Shown here: positions 10,583-20,566 of the stretch, one piece after another | Layout of the letters: the number at the start of each line of letters is the position of its first letter | How positions within the stretch are numbered: the first letter of the stretch is position 1 | From: an uncultured delta proteobacterium | GTDB lineage: Bacteria > Desulfobacterota > RBG-13-43-22 | Length of the DNA stretch: 64,000 bases | NCBI GenBank assembly: GCA_963843145.1 | Contig: CAWJJC010000027.1 | Location: forward strand, 160,001 to 224,000 | Direction of reading: 5' to 3' | Position numbers and translations under genes: made by a program | The notes under the pieces: model-generated | Database searches by the model: none | What the model saw: only the letters and a program-made list of their open reading frames with translations | What the model was told of the DNA's origin: nothing

Positions 10583-11779
10583 AAATCGCCTACCTGGATT
10601 GCTTCTCCGGCATCAGCGGCGACATGGTCCTGGGGGCCTGGCTGGACCTGGGATTGCCGGCCCCCCTGTTGCGTCGGACGCTTAAAAAGCCTGGCCCTGC
10701 CCCCCTTCCGGCTCCTGATTCGTCGTGAGGAACGGGGCGGGATTTCCGGCTTCCGGGTCCTGATCCAGGAAGGGAAAAAGTCTCCCCCTCACCGTTCCTA
10801 TCGAGACCTGCGAAAACTGATTGACCAGAGTCCCCTGCCCCCGGAAATCAAACTGCCGGCCCTAAAGGTCCTGCGCCATCTGGCCCTGGTGGAGGGTCGA
10901 ATCCATGGGCGGGAAGTGGAGGACGTTCATTTTCATGAAATTGGGGCCTTGGACACGATCATCGACGCCATCGGGGCGGCCCTGGGGTTCCATCATTTTC
11001 AAGTGAATTCAGTCTGGGCCTCGCCGCTGCCCGCAGGACGGGGATGGGTCCAAAGTCAGCATGGTCCCCTGCCTCTTCCGGCTCCGGCCACCTTGGCCCT
11101 CCTGGAAGGGGCGGCCTTGGTCCCCTCCGGCCTGGAAAAAGAGCTGGTCACCCCTACCGGTGCGGCCATCGTCAAAACCTGGGTCCGGCACTTCGGTCCC
11201 CCGCCCGCCTGCACATTAACGAAAGCGGGCTACGGCTTGGGCCGGGAGGAACTTTCGGACCGTCCTAATGCCTTGCGGATCTGGTTGGGCGAGGGAAACC
11301 GCCCCGGGGATCAGGAAAAGGTAACGGTTCTCGAAACCAACATCGACGACATGAACCCTCAGTGGTATGACTATTTGTTCGACCGTCTCTTCCAAGCCGG
11401 AGCCCTGGATTGCCTGTTGCTCCCCTGCCAAATGAAAAAAAACCGTCCCGGGGCACTGGTCCAGGTCCTCTGCCGACCGGCCGACCGGGAGTTGCTCACG
11501 GGAATACTGCTGGCTGAAACCACCACGCTGGGCGTCCGCTATCATGAGGCGGAACGAGAAATCCTCTCCAGGAAAACAGAACGATTGCCTACACCTTGGG
11601 GAACCATCGGACTGAAATGGGTCAAGCGGCCCGGCCTCGCCAGTCGCCCGGCCGCGGATTTTACCATCGAGTACGATGACCTGAAAAGCCTGGCGGCCCG
11701 GGAACATAAATCTTTGAAAGAAATGGAAACCCTTTTGCGCTCCTTCTGTGCCCGCCACAAATCCGCTTGCACCCCGTAG
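10579..11779 (+). CDS. larC: Nickel pincer cofactor nickel-insertion protein LarC, one frameshift near 10685
   Basis: [20 protein letters not shown] from 10579 (overlaps lon stop); after a +1 shift at cttaaaaagc it continues to [39 protein letters not shown]. Confidence 0.88.
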
Positions 11780-11854
11780 CCGCTTTTGTTAGAATAATGA
11801 TTCCCCCCGAAGCGCCGGTCTCCGGGGGAACTTATTTTGAAAGGGAGTTTTTTT

Positions 11855-12325
11855 ATGGACCGTACGCCTATTACCAAGGAGGGATTGGAACGTTTGCGGG
11901 AGGAATTGCGCCGATTGGAAACCGAAGGACGTCCCTCCGTGATCAAAGCCATTGCCGAAGCCCGAGCCCACGGGGACCTCTCGGAGAATGCCGAATACCA
12001 TGCCGCCAAAGAGCGGCAGGGCTTTATCGAAGGACGAATCGCCGAACTGCACTCAAAAATTGCCACTTCCGAAGTGATCGATTGTTCCAACCTGCCGAGC
12101 GACCGGGTGATCTTCGGCTGTACCGTTCATATCAACGACCTGGATACCGGGGAAGAGCTGAAATTGCGCTTAGTCGGTCCGGATGAATCCAACGCCGACC
12201 AGGGCGAAATTTCGGTTATCTCCCCTATGGGCCGGGCCTTGATCGGCAAGGAACCCGGGGACGAAATCCAGGTCAAGACCCCGGGGGGGGTGCGACAAAT
12301 GGAAATTTTAGATATCCTCGGCTGA
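11855..12325 (+). CDS. greA: Transcription elongation factor GreA
   Basis: AEARAHGDLSENAEYHAAKE, ISVISPMGRALIGK. Confidence 0.97.
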   Translation: MDRTPITKEGLERLREELRRLETEGRPSVIKAIAEARAHGDLSENAEYHAAKERQGFIEGRIAELHSKIATSEVIDCSNLPSDRVIFGCTVHINDLDTGEELKLRLVGPDESNADQGEISVISPMGRALIGKEPGDEIQVKTPGGVRQMEILDILG

Positions 12326-12426
12326 TCGGCGGCCCCCCTGCTCGAATTTTTCCAGATTCCCCCTTGGACTCCCATAAACGCTAAATTATTTTTGCGCTGT
12401 ATGGACTTTGAAAGGCGTAAAAAAAA

Positions 12427-12637
12427 ATGAACATCGAACATCGAACGTCCAACATCGAATGTTCAATGGAAAAAGATGAAGAAACAGGCCTATGCTCTGG
12501 AAGAAAGGTTGCTCGAATATTCGGTCAGAATCATAAAATTCGTTGGGCGGCTCCCCAATACCTGGACAATCAGCCATGTTGGATGCTTGTTTTTCATTCG
12601 ATGTTGAACGTTCGATGTTCGATGTTCGGCGTTCATT
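12427..12637 (+). mobile_element. Heptamer-unit inverted-repeat element enclosing a truncated four-helix-bundle (23S rRNA IVP-like) gene remnant
   Basis: Arms atgaacatcgaacatcgaacgtccaacatcgaatg / cattcgatgttgaacgttcgatgttcgatgttcggcgttcat; interior reads MKKQAYALEERLLEYSVRIIKFVGRLPNT.. Confidence 0.7.
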
Positions 12638-12667
12638 CTTTACAACACCCTGGTCGGTAATCCCCGC

Positions 12668-13267
12668 GTGATGTCTTCATTGCTGAATTGGGACATTATC
12701 TTCTTTACCCGGATCAACCAGGGGCAGCAAAATGCCTTTTTTGACCGGGTGATGCCCTATATCACCGAATTTGATCACTGGAAATTCTGGTTTTTAGGCG
12801 CCTGGCTGATCTGGTTCGTCTGGGGAAGCAAGAAGACCCGGATCACCCTGGTCCTGCTGGTCCTGCTGGTGGGCCTCCTGGATTACAGCAACAGCTTTTT
12901 TTTCAAACCCCTCTTTGCCCGGTTGCGCCCCTGCAATGCCCTGTCGGAGGTCCGTATTTTTTGGCCCTGTCCGCGATCCTTTTCTTTCCCTTCCAATCAT
13001 GCCGCTAATGTCTTCGGGGGGGTTTTCTTCTTATCCTATATTTACCGCCGCTGGGCACCCGGATTAATTTTCATCGCCCTGCTGGTAGGGTACTCTCGCA
13101 TCTATGTGGGGGAACATTTTCCGTTGGATGTGGTCGGCGGGGCGGTTCTGGGCGCCGTCGGGGCCGGGGGGATGCTCTTCTTCCGTTTTCAGGTCTTGCG
13201 CTGGTGGAAAACCGAAGCGCTTTCAGCGGGAAAAACCGACCGGCCTATTGATCCCCGAAAGGGTTAG
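12668..13267 (+). CDS. PAP2-family membrane phosphatase (undecaprenyl-diphosphatase-like)
   Basis: KPLFARLRP, SFPSNHA, SRIYVGEHFPLDV motifs. Confidence 0.92.
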   Translation: MMSSLLNWDIIFFTRINQGQQNAFFDRVMPYITEFDHWKFWFLGAWLIWFVWGSKKTRITLVLLVLLVGLLDYSNSFFFKPLFARLRPCNALSEVRIFWPCPRSFSFPSNHAANVFGGVFFLSYIYRRWAPGLIFIALLVGYSRIYVGEHFPLDVVGGAVLGAVGAGGMLFFRFQVLRWWKTEALSAGKTDRPIDPRKG

Positions 13268-13703
13268 GTTCTCGCGGGATCGGACTTTTCCCGACGGTGG
13301 TATCTTTCGCCAGGTCTTTCTTCGCCTCGCTGGTTTTGGCTTTTCCCGGCAGGTTATGGATTTGGCGCAGCAGACCGTCCAGATCCTCCTTCTGCCGGGC
13401 ATAAAGATCCTTGACCGTATATTCCAGGTAGGCAATCCGGTTTTCGAAAGTCTTCATTTTGGTCGCGAAAAGCTGATTCAGAATCCGGGCGGCCACCAAA
13501 ACCCCCAGCAACAAAAAGATCAAGAGGATGGCATTCAAGAGGGGATAATTAATCACCAGCCTCCCCCGGTAAGGAGGAGGCGACCCGGAAAGCCCCTGTC
13601 CCCAAACGCAACCCACATCCAGCGTCGAAGCCGCAAGAACCAGACAGCCGGCGGCGCCTCCCAGCAACCCCAGGGTCAGACCACTTTTTATGAAGGGTCC
13701 CAT
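13245..13703 (-). CDS. Hypothetical membrane protein with C-terminal coiled coil
   Basis: Hydrophobic segments then a charged helical tail; start set at ATG 13703 because the longer ORF-track start lies in a repeat. Confidence 0.5.
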   Translation of the reverse strand: MGPFIKSGLTLGLLGGAAGCLVLAASTLDVGCVWGQGLSGSPPPYRGRLVINYPLLNAILLIFLLLGVLVAARILNQLFATKMKTFENRIAYLEYTVKDLYARQKEDLDGLLRQIHNLPGKAKTSEAKKDLAKDTTVGKSPIPREPNPFGDQ

Positions 13704-13739
13704 GGTTTTTCCCTCCGATCTATTTTGGTCACCTACTCC

Positions 13740-13869
13740 ATCGACAGTTGAACGTCCAACATCGAATGAAATACAAACCGCCATGGCCGAACAGGAAATA
13801 CCTAATTTCTGTTTCTTCATCTTTTCCCATTGAACATTCGATGTTGGAGGTTCGATGTTCAATGTTCAT
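13740..13869 (-). repeat. Second, more deleted copy of the 12427-12637 element, opposite orientation
   Basis: Reverse complement reads atgaacattgaacatcgaacctccaacatcgaatgttcaatgggaaaagatgaagaaacag...cattcgatgttggacgttcaa, nearly identical to 12427-12488. Confidence 0.8.
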
Positions 13870-13881
13870 CTTTGAGATTGG

Positions 13882-15546
13882 TTAAGTTTTGGTCTTCCCC
13901 TTTTCCAGTCGGCGTTTCTCCTCGTCTCGAATTTCGCGGCGCAGGAGTTTGCCCACCTTGGATTTGGGCAGCATATCCCGAAACTCGATGTACTGGGGTA
14001 TCTTGTAGGCGGCCAGTCGTTCCCGGCACCATTTGATCAATTCGGCACCGCCCACGCCTTTGGCGTCGCTTTTCAGGACCACGATGGCCTTAATACGTTC
14101 GCCGACCTTAGGGTCGGGGATCCCGACGGCGCAGGCACCGATGACCGTGGGGTGATCCTGCAAAACGGCCTCGATTTCCGAGGCGGAAACCCGATAGCCT
14201 TTAAATTTGATGATATCCGCCAATCGTTCCACATAGACCAGATCGCCCTGTTCAGTCCTTCGGACAAAATCACCCATCCGGTAATACTGCTTCCCGTTCA
14301 GGGGAATATAAGCCTTGGCCGTTTCCTCCGGCTTGTTCCAGTACTGCTTGAGGGTGAAATCGGAGGTCACCAGCAATTCCCCCACCTCCCCGGTCGGGAC
14401 CGGCGCCAGGGTTTCCGGGTCCACCACCAAACATTGCCGGGACTGGAGGGGGGTCCCGATCGACTGGGGATCCGGTTCGTGGTCCAGTCGGCTGTAGGTG
14501 ATATGGCCGACCTCGGTGGAACCATACACCTGGTAAATGGGTTGCCCGACGGTCTCTTTCCAGCGATGAGAGACTTCCAGGGGCAACATATCGCCGCCGC
14601 AATAGCAGTATTTTAAACTCCGCAGATCGTAACGCCCCAGGCGGTCGTTTTCCAGGATCATTCGGTAAAGCGTAGGCACTCCCAAAAACCAGCGAACTTG
14701 GAACCGCCGGATATCTTCCAGAATGGCGTCCACTTGGGGTACGGGCATCAGGATGGTGGTATTGCCCTGATTCAACCCCACGGCCATAAAGAACCCCAGG
14801 GCCATAATATGGAAAAGAGGGTTGACGGCAATATAAGTATCCCCGCCTTCCCGAACGTGGCCCTGAACCACGTCCTCCATGATATCCTGAATGTAGGAGG
14901 TCATGCCCTGGTGGTTTCCCGGCACTCCTTTGGGAAAGCCGGTCGTTCCGCCGGTATATAAAATATACGACAAATCGTGACGGGGATCAATTTTTACGGA
15001 GAGGGGAGCGGTGGAAATCTTCAGCAAATCCTTAAACGAATGGATCAGGCCGCCCCGTTCGACCTTGCCTCCGGGAATCTTATCGAAGAGGGTGCCGATG
15101 ACCCGCTTCCAGACCGGCAGGAGGTCCGCCAGGTTGGTGACGATCACCCGTTTCAGGGGCGACTTCGGCAGAATTTCCTTCACATAGCCAAAATTGGTAT
15201 CATGGCAGATGATGGTTTCGGCCCCGGCGTCCCGGATCATATATTCGATCTCATGAGAGGTATAAATGGGGGAAACCGGCATGACCACCGCCCCGATCTT
15301 TTGGATCCCCAAGAAGGCCACCACCCACTGGATGCAATTGGAAATATAAATAACCACTCGATCCCCCTGTTTCACACCCAGGTGGGATAATCCGGCGGCA
15401 AAACGGTTCGCCAGTTCATTCAGTTTCAGGTAGGAGAATTTTTCCCCTAAAAAAACCACGGCCGTGTTCCGGGGGTATTTTTCGGCCATGCGTTCAAATT
15501 GGGCAATAACGGGTTCTTCCAAATAAGGTCGGGAGGCCATGGTCAA
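13882..15546 (-). CDS. AMP-forming acyl-CoA synthetase/ligase
   Basis: YTGGTTGFPKG, YGSTE, YYRMGD, GYRVSASEIE, LPKSKVGKLLRR. Confidence 0.93.
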   Translation of the reverse strand: MTMASRPYLEEPVIAQFERMAEKYPRNTAVVFLGEKFSYLKLNELANRFAAGLSHLGVKQGDRVVIYISNCIQWVVAFLGIQKIGAVVMPVSPIYTSHEIEYMIRDAGAETIICHDTNFGYVKEILPKSPLKRVIVTNLADLLPVWKRVIGTLFDKIPGGKVERGGLIHSFKDLLKISTAPLSVKIDPRHDLSYILYTGGTTGFPKGVPGNHQGMTSYIQDIMEDVVQGHVREGGDTYIAVNPLFHIMALGFFMAVGLNQGNTTILMPVPQVDAILEDIRRFQVRWFLGVPTLYRMILENDRLGRYDLRSLKYCYCGGDMLPLEVSHRWKETVGQPIYQVYGSTEVGHITYSRLDHEPDPQSIGTPLQSRQCLVVDPETLAPVPTGEVGELLVTSDFTLKQYWNKPEETAKAYIPLNGKQYYRMGDFVRRTEQGDLVYVERLADIIKFKGYRVSASEIEAVLQDHPTVIGACAVGIPDPKVGERIKAIVVLKSDAKGVGGAELIKWCRERLAAYKIPQYIEFRDMLPKSKVGKLLRREIRDEEKRRLEKGKTKT

Positions 15547-16289
15547 ACTCCGAAATAGGCCGAGCGCACATCGGGGTTGTCCATAAGTTCCTGACGACTG
15601 CCTTCCATTACGGCCGCTCCGTTTTCCAAAATATAGGCGTGGTCGATGATCGGCAAAAGCGGTCGGGCATACTGTTCAGCCACGATAATGGCGATCCCCC
15701 TTTCCTTTCGGATCTCCCGGATCGATCGGACCAGCATGGCTTGAACCAGCGGACTCAGTCCCATAAGCGGCTCATCGAGCAAGAGGATTTTGGGTTGGGC
15801 CATGAGCGCCCGGCCGATAGCCAGCATCTGCTGCTCACCGCCGCTCAGGAAGCCGCCTTCCCGATTCTTCAAAGGAATCAGGGCCGGGAAAATCTTAAAA
15901 ACGTAGTCCAGGGTTTCCTTTTTTTGTCGGCGGGAGGCCAGGTAGCCGCCTATGGCTAAATTTTCCAAGACGGTGCTTTCCGGGAAGATTCGGCGCCGTT
16001 CAGGGCAGAGGATGATCCCCAAACGGGCCCGGCTGCTGGGTTTGAGGCCCATCAGGTCCTGCCCCTCAAGGGACACCTGTCCCAATACGGTGATCCGCTC
16101 GCCGCCGGCCATCTCCTCTTTTCGCTTGATGTCCAGAATGATCCCGGAAATCACGTACATCAAAGTGGATTTTCCGGCGCTGTTGGCCCCGAAAATACCG
16201 ACGATCTGGTCACGACCGCAACGCAAACCCACGTTGTTCAGGGCCAGCATGTTTTCATAAAAAACCATTAACTCCCGGGCTTCAAACAT
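15543..16289 (-). CDS. LivF-type ABC ATPase
   Basis: GANSAGKST, LSGGEQQM, LLLDEP. Confidence 0.9.
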   Translation of the reverse strand: MFEARELMVFYENMLALNNVGLRCGRDQIVGIFGANSAGKSTLMYVISGIILDIKRKEEMAGGERITVLGQVSLEGQDLMGLKPSSRARLGIILCPERRRIFPESTVLENLAIGGYLASRRQKKETLDYVFKIFPALIPLKNREGGFLSGGEQQMLAIGRALMAQPKILLLDEPLMGLSPLVQAMLVRSIREIRKERGIAIIVAEQYARPLLPIIDHAYILENGAAVMEGSRQELMDNPDVRSAYFGV

Positions 16290-17061
16290 AATCGGACAGG
16301 TCCTCCGAACCGAGATAGGCCTCCTTCACTTTTTCATCGGCCATCACGACCTCCGGCAGGCCTTCACACAATTTCTGGCCGAAATTCAAGACCATGACCC
16401 GGTTGGCCACCCGAAAAAGCTCCTTTAAGCGGTGTTCGATCATGATCAGGGTGATTCCCTCCATCTGCAGGCGTTCCAGCAAAGGGATCATACTGGCGAT
16501 CTCGCTCATGCTTAGACCGGAAAAGACTTCATCGCAGAGGATCAATTCCGGCCGCAGGGCCAGGCAGCGGGCCAGTTCCATCCGTTTTAAATACCCGGTC
16601 GGCAGAGTCGAAGCCATTTTATAGGGAACTTGGGAGTCGCGTTCGAAACCGATCTCCTCCAGAATATCAATCGCCACCGTGTCGCGGTCCCCCAGTTTCC
16701 CTCCACCCCGCCAGCCGCCGGTGCGCCGGGCCCGGGGTGAGAACAGGGGAATGATCAAATTTTTATAGGCCGGCAGGCTGTAATAGGGCCGCATGATCTG
16801 AAAGGTCCGGGTAACTCCCAGGTCGGCGATTTTATGGGGTGGGCGGTTGGTAATGTCCTGTCCTTTGAACAGGACGTGGCCGGAGTTGACCCGAACAAAG
16901 CCGGTGATGCTGTTGACCAGGGTGGTTTTACCCGAGCCGTTCGGTCCGATGATGCCGAAGATGTCCCCGGGAAAAATCTCGAAGCTGACACCGGCCAGGG
17001 CCTGAATACCCCCGAAGGATTTGCTGATATCCCTGACGGCCAACAAGGGTTCAGAATTCAT
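16282..17061 (-). CDS. LivG-type ABC ATPase
   Basis: GPNGSGKTT, TRTFQ, IEHRL; start at ATG 17061 (ATGA overlap). Confidence 0.9.
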   Translation of the reverse strand: MNSEPLLAVRDISKSFGGIQALAGVSFEIFPGDIFGIIGPNGSGKTTLVNSITGFVRVNSGHVLFKGQDITNRPPHKIADLGVTRTFQIMRPYYSLPAYKNLIIPLFSPRARRTGGWRGGGKLGDRDTVAIDILEEIGFERDSQVPYKMASTLPTGYLKRMELARCLALRPELILCDEVFSGLSMSEIASMIPLLERLQMEGITLIMIEHRLKELFRVANRVMVLNFGQKLCEGLPEVVMADEKVKEAYLGSEDLSDYV

Positions 17062-18071
17062 ACTTTGATCCATTTTTCAAACTGGTGGTATTTCCGCTGG
17101 CCGTAGACCATGAGCCCCTCGCTGCGAAAGACGATAAAGGCCATCAGGATCAGGGAATAGAAGACGATGCGTAAGGTACCGAAGGCCCGCAGCAGTTCAG
17201 AGACGGGGACCAAAATTAAACTCCCCAGCACGGGGCCGACCAGGGTGCCGCCCCCCCCGATGACGGTGGCGGCGATGGGGATGATGGAGAAATCCAAAGC
17301 CAGGGTGGAGATGCCGGCCCACATGTAGATATGGACCAGATAGGCCCCGGCCAGGCAGGCCAATCCGGAGGAGATGAAGACGGCCAGGGTCTTATAAAAA
17401 GTGATGCTTATCCCGGAGGCCTTGACGGCCTGATCGTTGTCCTTGACGGCCCGGAAGACCAGGCCGATATCCATGTTGACGAAGCGGCGCAGCCCGAACA
17501 AGGCCAGCAGGATAATCACGATCAGGGAATATTGTTCCACCCAGCGGTTGGGAAAACTGGCGACGCCCAGGATCCCCTCCGTGCCTCCGAAGATATTCAG
17601 GGCCTCGATGATGCGGGCCGCCAACAAAGGATACATCAGGGTCACGATGGAGAAGTAAACCCCCCGGAGCGGCAGGCAGGGCATAATCGCCAGGGTGCAG
17701 AACACGGCCCCGCCGATGGTGGCCAGAGGGATGGAAAAGATCGGGGAAAGCCCGAAGTGGGTGTTCAACAGGGCCGCCAGATAGCCCCCGACCCCCACGA
17801 AAAAAGCCCCGCCCAAAGAAACCAGGCCGACAAAATGGGTCAGGAAATCAAAGCTCAGGGCCAGCAGGGCATAAATGGCGACAATGGAGATCACTCGCTG
17901 CCAGTAGAGGTTGGTAATGACCAGGGGCAGAAGCAGGAGCCCGACAATCAATACGAATCGGGGGATGACCAGGTAAGTGATCTCCTTCCAACCGGTAATG
18001 GCATAGATGCCGCTGGTGCGGACCTTGATTCCCCGATCCAGACGTTCCCGGCGGACAGAGGCGGAAGCCAC
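17058..18071 (-). CDS. LivM-type ABC permease
   Basis: GLVSLGGAFFVGVGGY, LRGVYFSIVTL, AVKDNDQAVKASGI. Confidence 0.9.
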   Translation of the reverse strand: MASASVRRERLDRGIKVRTSGIYAITGWKEITYLVIPRFVLIVGLLLLPLVITNLYWQRVISIVAIYALLALSFDFLTHFVGLVSLGGAFFVGVGGYLAALLNTHFGLSPIFSIPLATIGGAVFCTLAIMPCLPLRGVYFSIVTLMYPLLAARIIEALNIFGGTEGILGVASFPNRWVEQYSLIVIILLALFGLRRFVNMDIGLVFRAVKDNDQAVKASGISITFYKTLAVFISSGLACLAGAYLVHIYMWAGISTLALDFSIIPIAATVIGGGGTLVGPVLGSLILVPVSELLRAFGTLRIVFYSLILMAFIVFRSEGLMVYGQRKYHQFEKWIKV

Positions 18072-18073
18072 GC

Positions 18074-18940
18074 TTAGACCCTCTCTTCCAATTCTTTTTG
18101 GCGGCCGAAAAGACCGGAAGGTTTAAGGATCAAGGTGACGATGATGGCCAGCAGGGCTACCACAATCCGAAAATGAGGCTCCAGATAAACCACGGTTAAC
18201 GTTTGGGCAAAACCGATGACAAAAGACGCCAGCACGGCCCCCACCCAACTACCCAGTCCGCCGACGATGCAAACGGCGATAGCCATAATCAGCACATTGT
18301 AGCCGGCTTCCACCACAATGTTCCCCAAGGGCAATAGGGCGATGGCCGCCAGACCGGCCAACATGGAACCTAAACTCATGGCCACCACCGCCATGCGGTC
18401 CGAGTCGATGCCCAGCATCATGGCCGCCCGTTCATCCTGGGCCATCCCCCGCAGGGCCAGGCCGATGCGGTTGAAATGGGTAAAGAGCCAAAGCAGGATC
18501 ATGACCAAGACCCCGATTACGACCACCAGGATCCGCTGATAATCGACCAGCACCCCGCCCACCTCCCAGCTTCCCTCGATAAAGACCGGCAACGTATAGG
18601 TCAGGCCCTTGAAGCCCCCCCAGCGCAGGCCCTCCAAAATCGCCAACCCGATGGCGTAGGAGGCGATAATCTCCGAAGTGGCCATGCCCCGGATGCGGAT
18701 CAGGATAAAATAATAGATGGCCGCCCCGATCAGTCCGATGGCCAGTAAGGCCAGGGGAATGGCCCAGAGGTAGGGCAGACCCAGGGTGCGCATCAGGCTC
18801 CAGACAATGAACCCGGTGACCACATAGAGGGCCCCATGGGCAAAATTGGGGAGACCGCTGATCCCATAGACCAAAGTAAACCCCAGGGCCATCAAGGCCA
18901 GGGAAACGCTGTTGACTGTGCCGTAGATGAGGATTTCCAT
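18074..18940 (-). CDS. LivH-type ABC permease
   Basis: LGFTLVYGISGLPNFAHG, GMAQDERAA, IVGGLGS. Confidence 0.9.
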   Translation of the reverse strand: MEILIYGTVNSVSLALMALGFTLVYGISGLPNFAHGALYVVTGFIVWSLMRTLGLPYLWAIPLALLAIGLIGAAIYYFILIRIRGMATSEIIASYAIGLAILEGLRWGGFKGLTYTLPVFIEGSWEVGGVLVDYQRILVVVIGVLVMILLWLFTHFNRIGLALRGMAQDERAAMMLGIDSDRMAVVAMSLGSMLAGLAAIALLPLGNIVVEAGYNVLIMAIAVCIVGGLGSWVGAVLASFVIGFAQTLTVVYLEPHFRIVVALLAIIVTLILKPSGLFGRQKELEERV

Positions 18941-18974
18941 AATTTCAATTACCGCTATACGCCCGGGGAATGTT

Positions 18975-19193
18975 AAATTCGAATTCCAAATTTCGAAATC
19001 CGAAACAAATTCTAATTTTCAAAACTCAAATGTTCAAAACGTGGGGAATCATGTTTGCTGGTTTCGCAAAAAGTCACCGAAAGACCGCGGTTTTCACCGG
19101 GGTGACGACTTTTTGCGAGTTTATCATGTTTTGAATTTTGAAATTTTGGTCATTTGAGTTTGTTTCGGATTTCGTGTTTCGGATTTCGAATTT
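18975..19193. repeat. Heptamer-unit inverted-repeat element with a nested tcgcaaaaagtc/gactttttgcga mini-element (19064-19118)
   Basis: Left arm aaattcgaattccaaatttcgaaatccgaaacaaat..., right arm ...tttgtttcggatttcgtgtttcggatttcgaattt; related right arms near 43210-43270 and 59256-59321. Confidence 0.8.
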
Positions 19194-19201
19194 GCCTTTT
19201 T

Positions 19202-20482
19202 TTATTTCTTCATCCAGGGCGGCAGTAGAATCTGACCGACGGCGATGGAGTCCGGAAAAACCACTACCCGCTTCCCCTTCTGCCATTGAAAGATGGTGCC
19301 TACCGCGCCCTCCTTGGGGTCCAGGCTGGGGATGACCTGGTGGGACTTGGGGTCAAAGCGGATCCGGCCGTAGACGCCCATCAAGTCGGTCTTTTCCAGG
19401 GCGGCGATCACCGCGTCGGTGTCCAGGGACCCGGCCCGTTCGATGGCGTCTTTCAGGGTATAGACGGCCATGTAGCTGCTGGAGGTCCCGTAGCCCTCCG
19501 GTTCGATCTTCCAACGTTTGGTGTAGGCATCATAAAATTTCATGGTCCAAGGCGTGGCCTTGGAGGGGGCGTTCCCGGCGTTGACCACATTGGCCAGGGT
19601 GTATTCCCCTTTTCCTTCGGTGGCCTTCCAGAATCCAGGCTGCTCCGCGGCGGCGATGATGGAGCCGAAGGGCAAGGCCGGAACCTTCAAGTCATACCAT
19701 TGTTTCAACAGGATGGCGCTTTCGGGCATGTCCATCCAGATCAGCAGGACTTGGGCCCCTTCCTTCTTGGCTTTGAGCAGACCCATGGAAAAATCCGTGG
19801 TCCCGGTCGGATAGATTTCCGGTTTGCCCAGCACCGTCCAGCCTTTTCCGGCCATGATCTTGGCAATCAGATCCCCGCCGGCCCGGCCGTGGGCCACATC
19901 CTGGACCATAATGAATAATTTATTGAGATTGTGTTTTTTGCCGATGTCCAGCAGGCAGGGGATGATCTCCCCGCCCACCATCCATTTGGCATCCCCGCTG
20001 ATCCGGAAGCAGTACTTGAACTTGTCATAATTTTCAGCCACCCGGGCACTATAGGCCGGGGTCAAGGCCCCGGTGGTCAGGATGGAGATTTTTTTGTATT
20101 TGGAGAGCAGGTCCATGGCGGCCAGGGCGGCTTCCGAGCGGACCGGACCCCCGATCAGGAAATCGGCTTTTTTCTCCAGAATAAGTTTTTCCACGGTCAG
20201 GAGGGCGTCGCTGACCGGCACCCCGGGTTCCAGATCACGGGTATCCATGACCGACACCTCAAAAGGCCGTTTGACCCCCCCGACCTTCACCCCGCCCTTG
20301 GCGTTGATTTCCTCCACGGCCAGGCGAATCCCCCGCTCCGCGTCCCAGCCATAGAGAAAGCCCGTGGCCAACGGGGCGCCGATAACGATAGGCTTTTCAG
20401 CGGCCGGGGCCGAAGCGCCGGCGAATAAAATTAAGCTAACAAAACAGACCAGGACCCAGGGAACCAATGATCTTGCCTTCAT
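19202..20482 (-). CDS. LivK-family periplasmic substrate-binding protein
   Basis: Signal peptide, PIVIGAPL, EEINAKGGVKVGG; paralog of 55020-56294. Confidence 0.9.
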   Translation of the reverse strand: MKARSLVPWVLVCFVSLILFAGASAPAAEKPIVIGAPLATGFLYGWDAERGIRLAVEEINAKGGVKVGGVKRPFEVSVMDTRDLEPGVPVSDALLTVEKLILEKKADFLIGGPVRSEAALAAMDLLSKYKKISILTTGALTPAYSARVAENYDKFKYCFRISGDAKWMVGGEIIPCLLDIGKKHNLNKLFIMVQDVAHGRAGGDLIAKIMAGKGWTVLGKPEIYPTGTTDFSMGLLKAKKEGAQVLLIWMDMPESAILLKQWYDLKVPALPFGSIIAAAEQPGFWKATEGKGEYTLANVVNAGNAPSKATPWTMKFYDAYTKRWKIEPEGYGTSSSYMAVYTLKDAIERAGSLDTDAVIAALEKTDLMGVYGRIRFDPKSHQVIPSLDPKEGAVGTIFQWQKGKRVVVFPDSIAVGQILLPPWMKK

Positions 20483-20566
20483 CTTGCTCCTCCTTCTTTT
20501 TGGATATTGGATATTGATTGTTATCCTTCAACTTAAGAGGGAATCACTCGGTATCCCCTCAACGCC

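Noticed and set aside
12427-12637. Short periodic repeats as a possible CRISPR array (also 18975-19193 and 1745-1896)
   Set aside because: Units are 6-9 nt tandem motifs arranged as inverted arms, with no unique spacers and no cas genes
13704-13862. ORF-track N-terminal extensions such as MNIEPPTSNVQ (also 12427-12660 and 59274-59345)
   Set aside because: These are translations of repeat arms, not protein sequence
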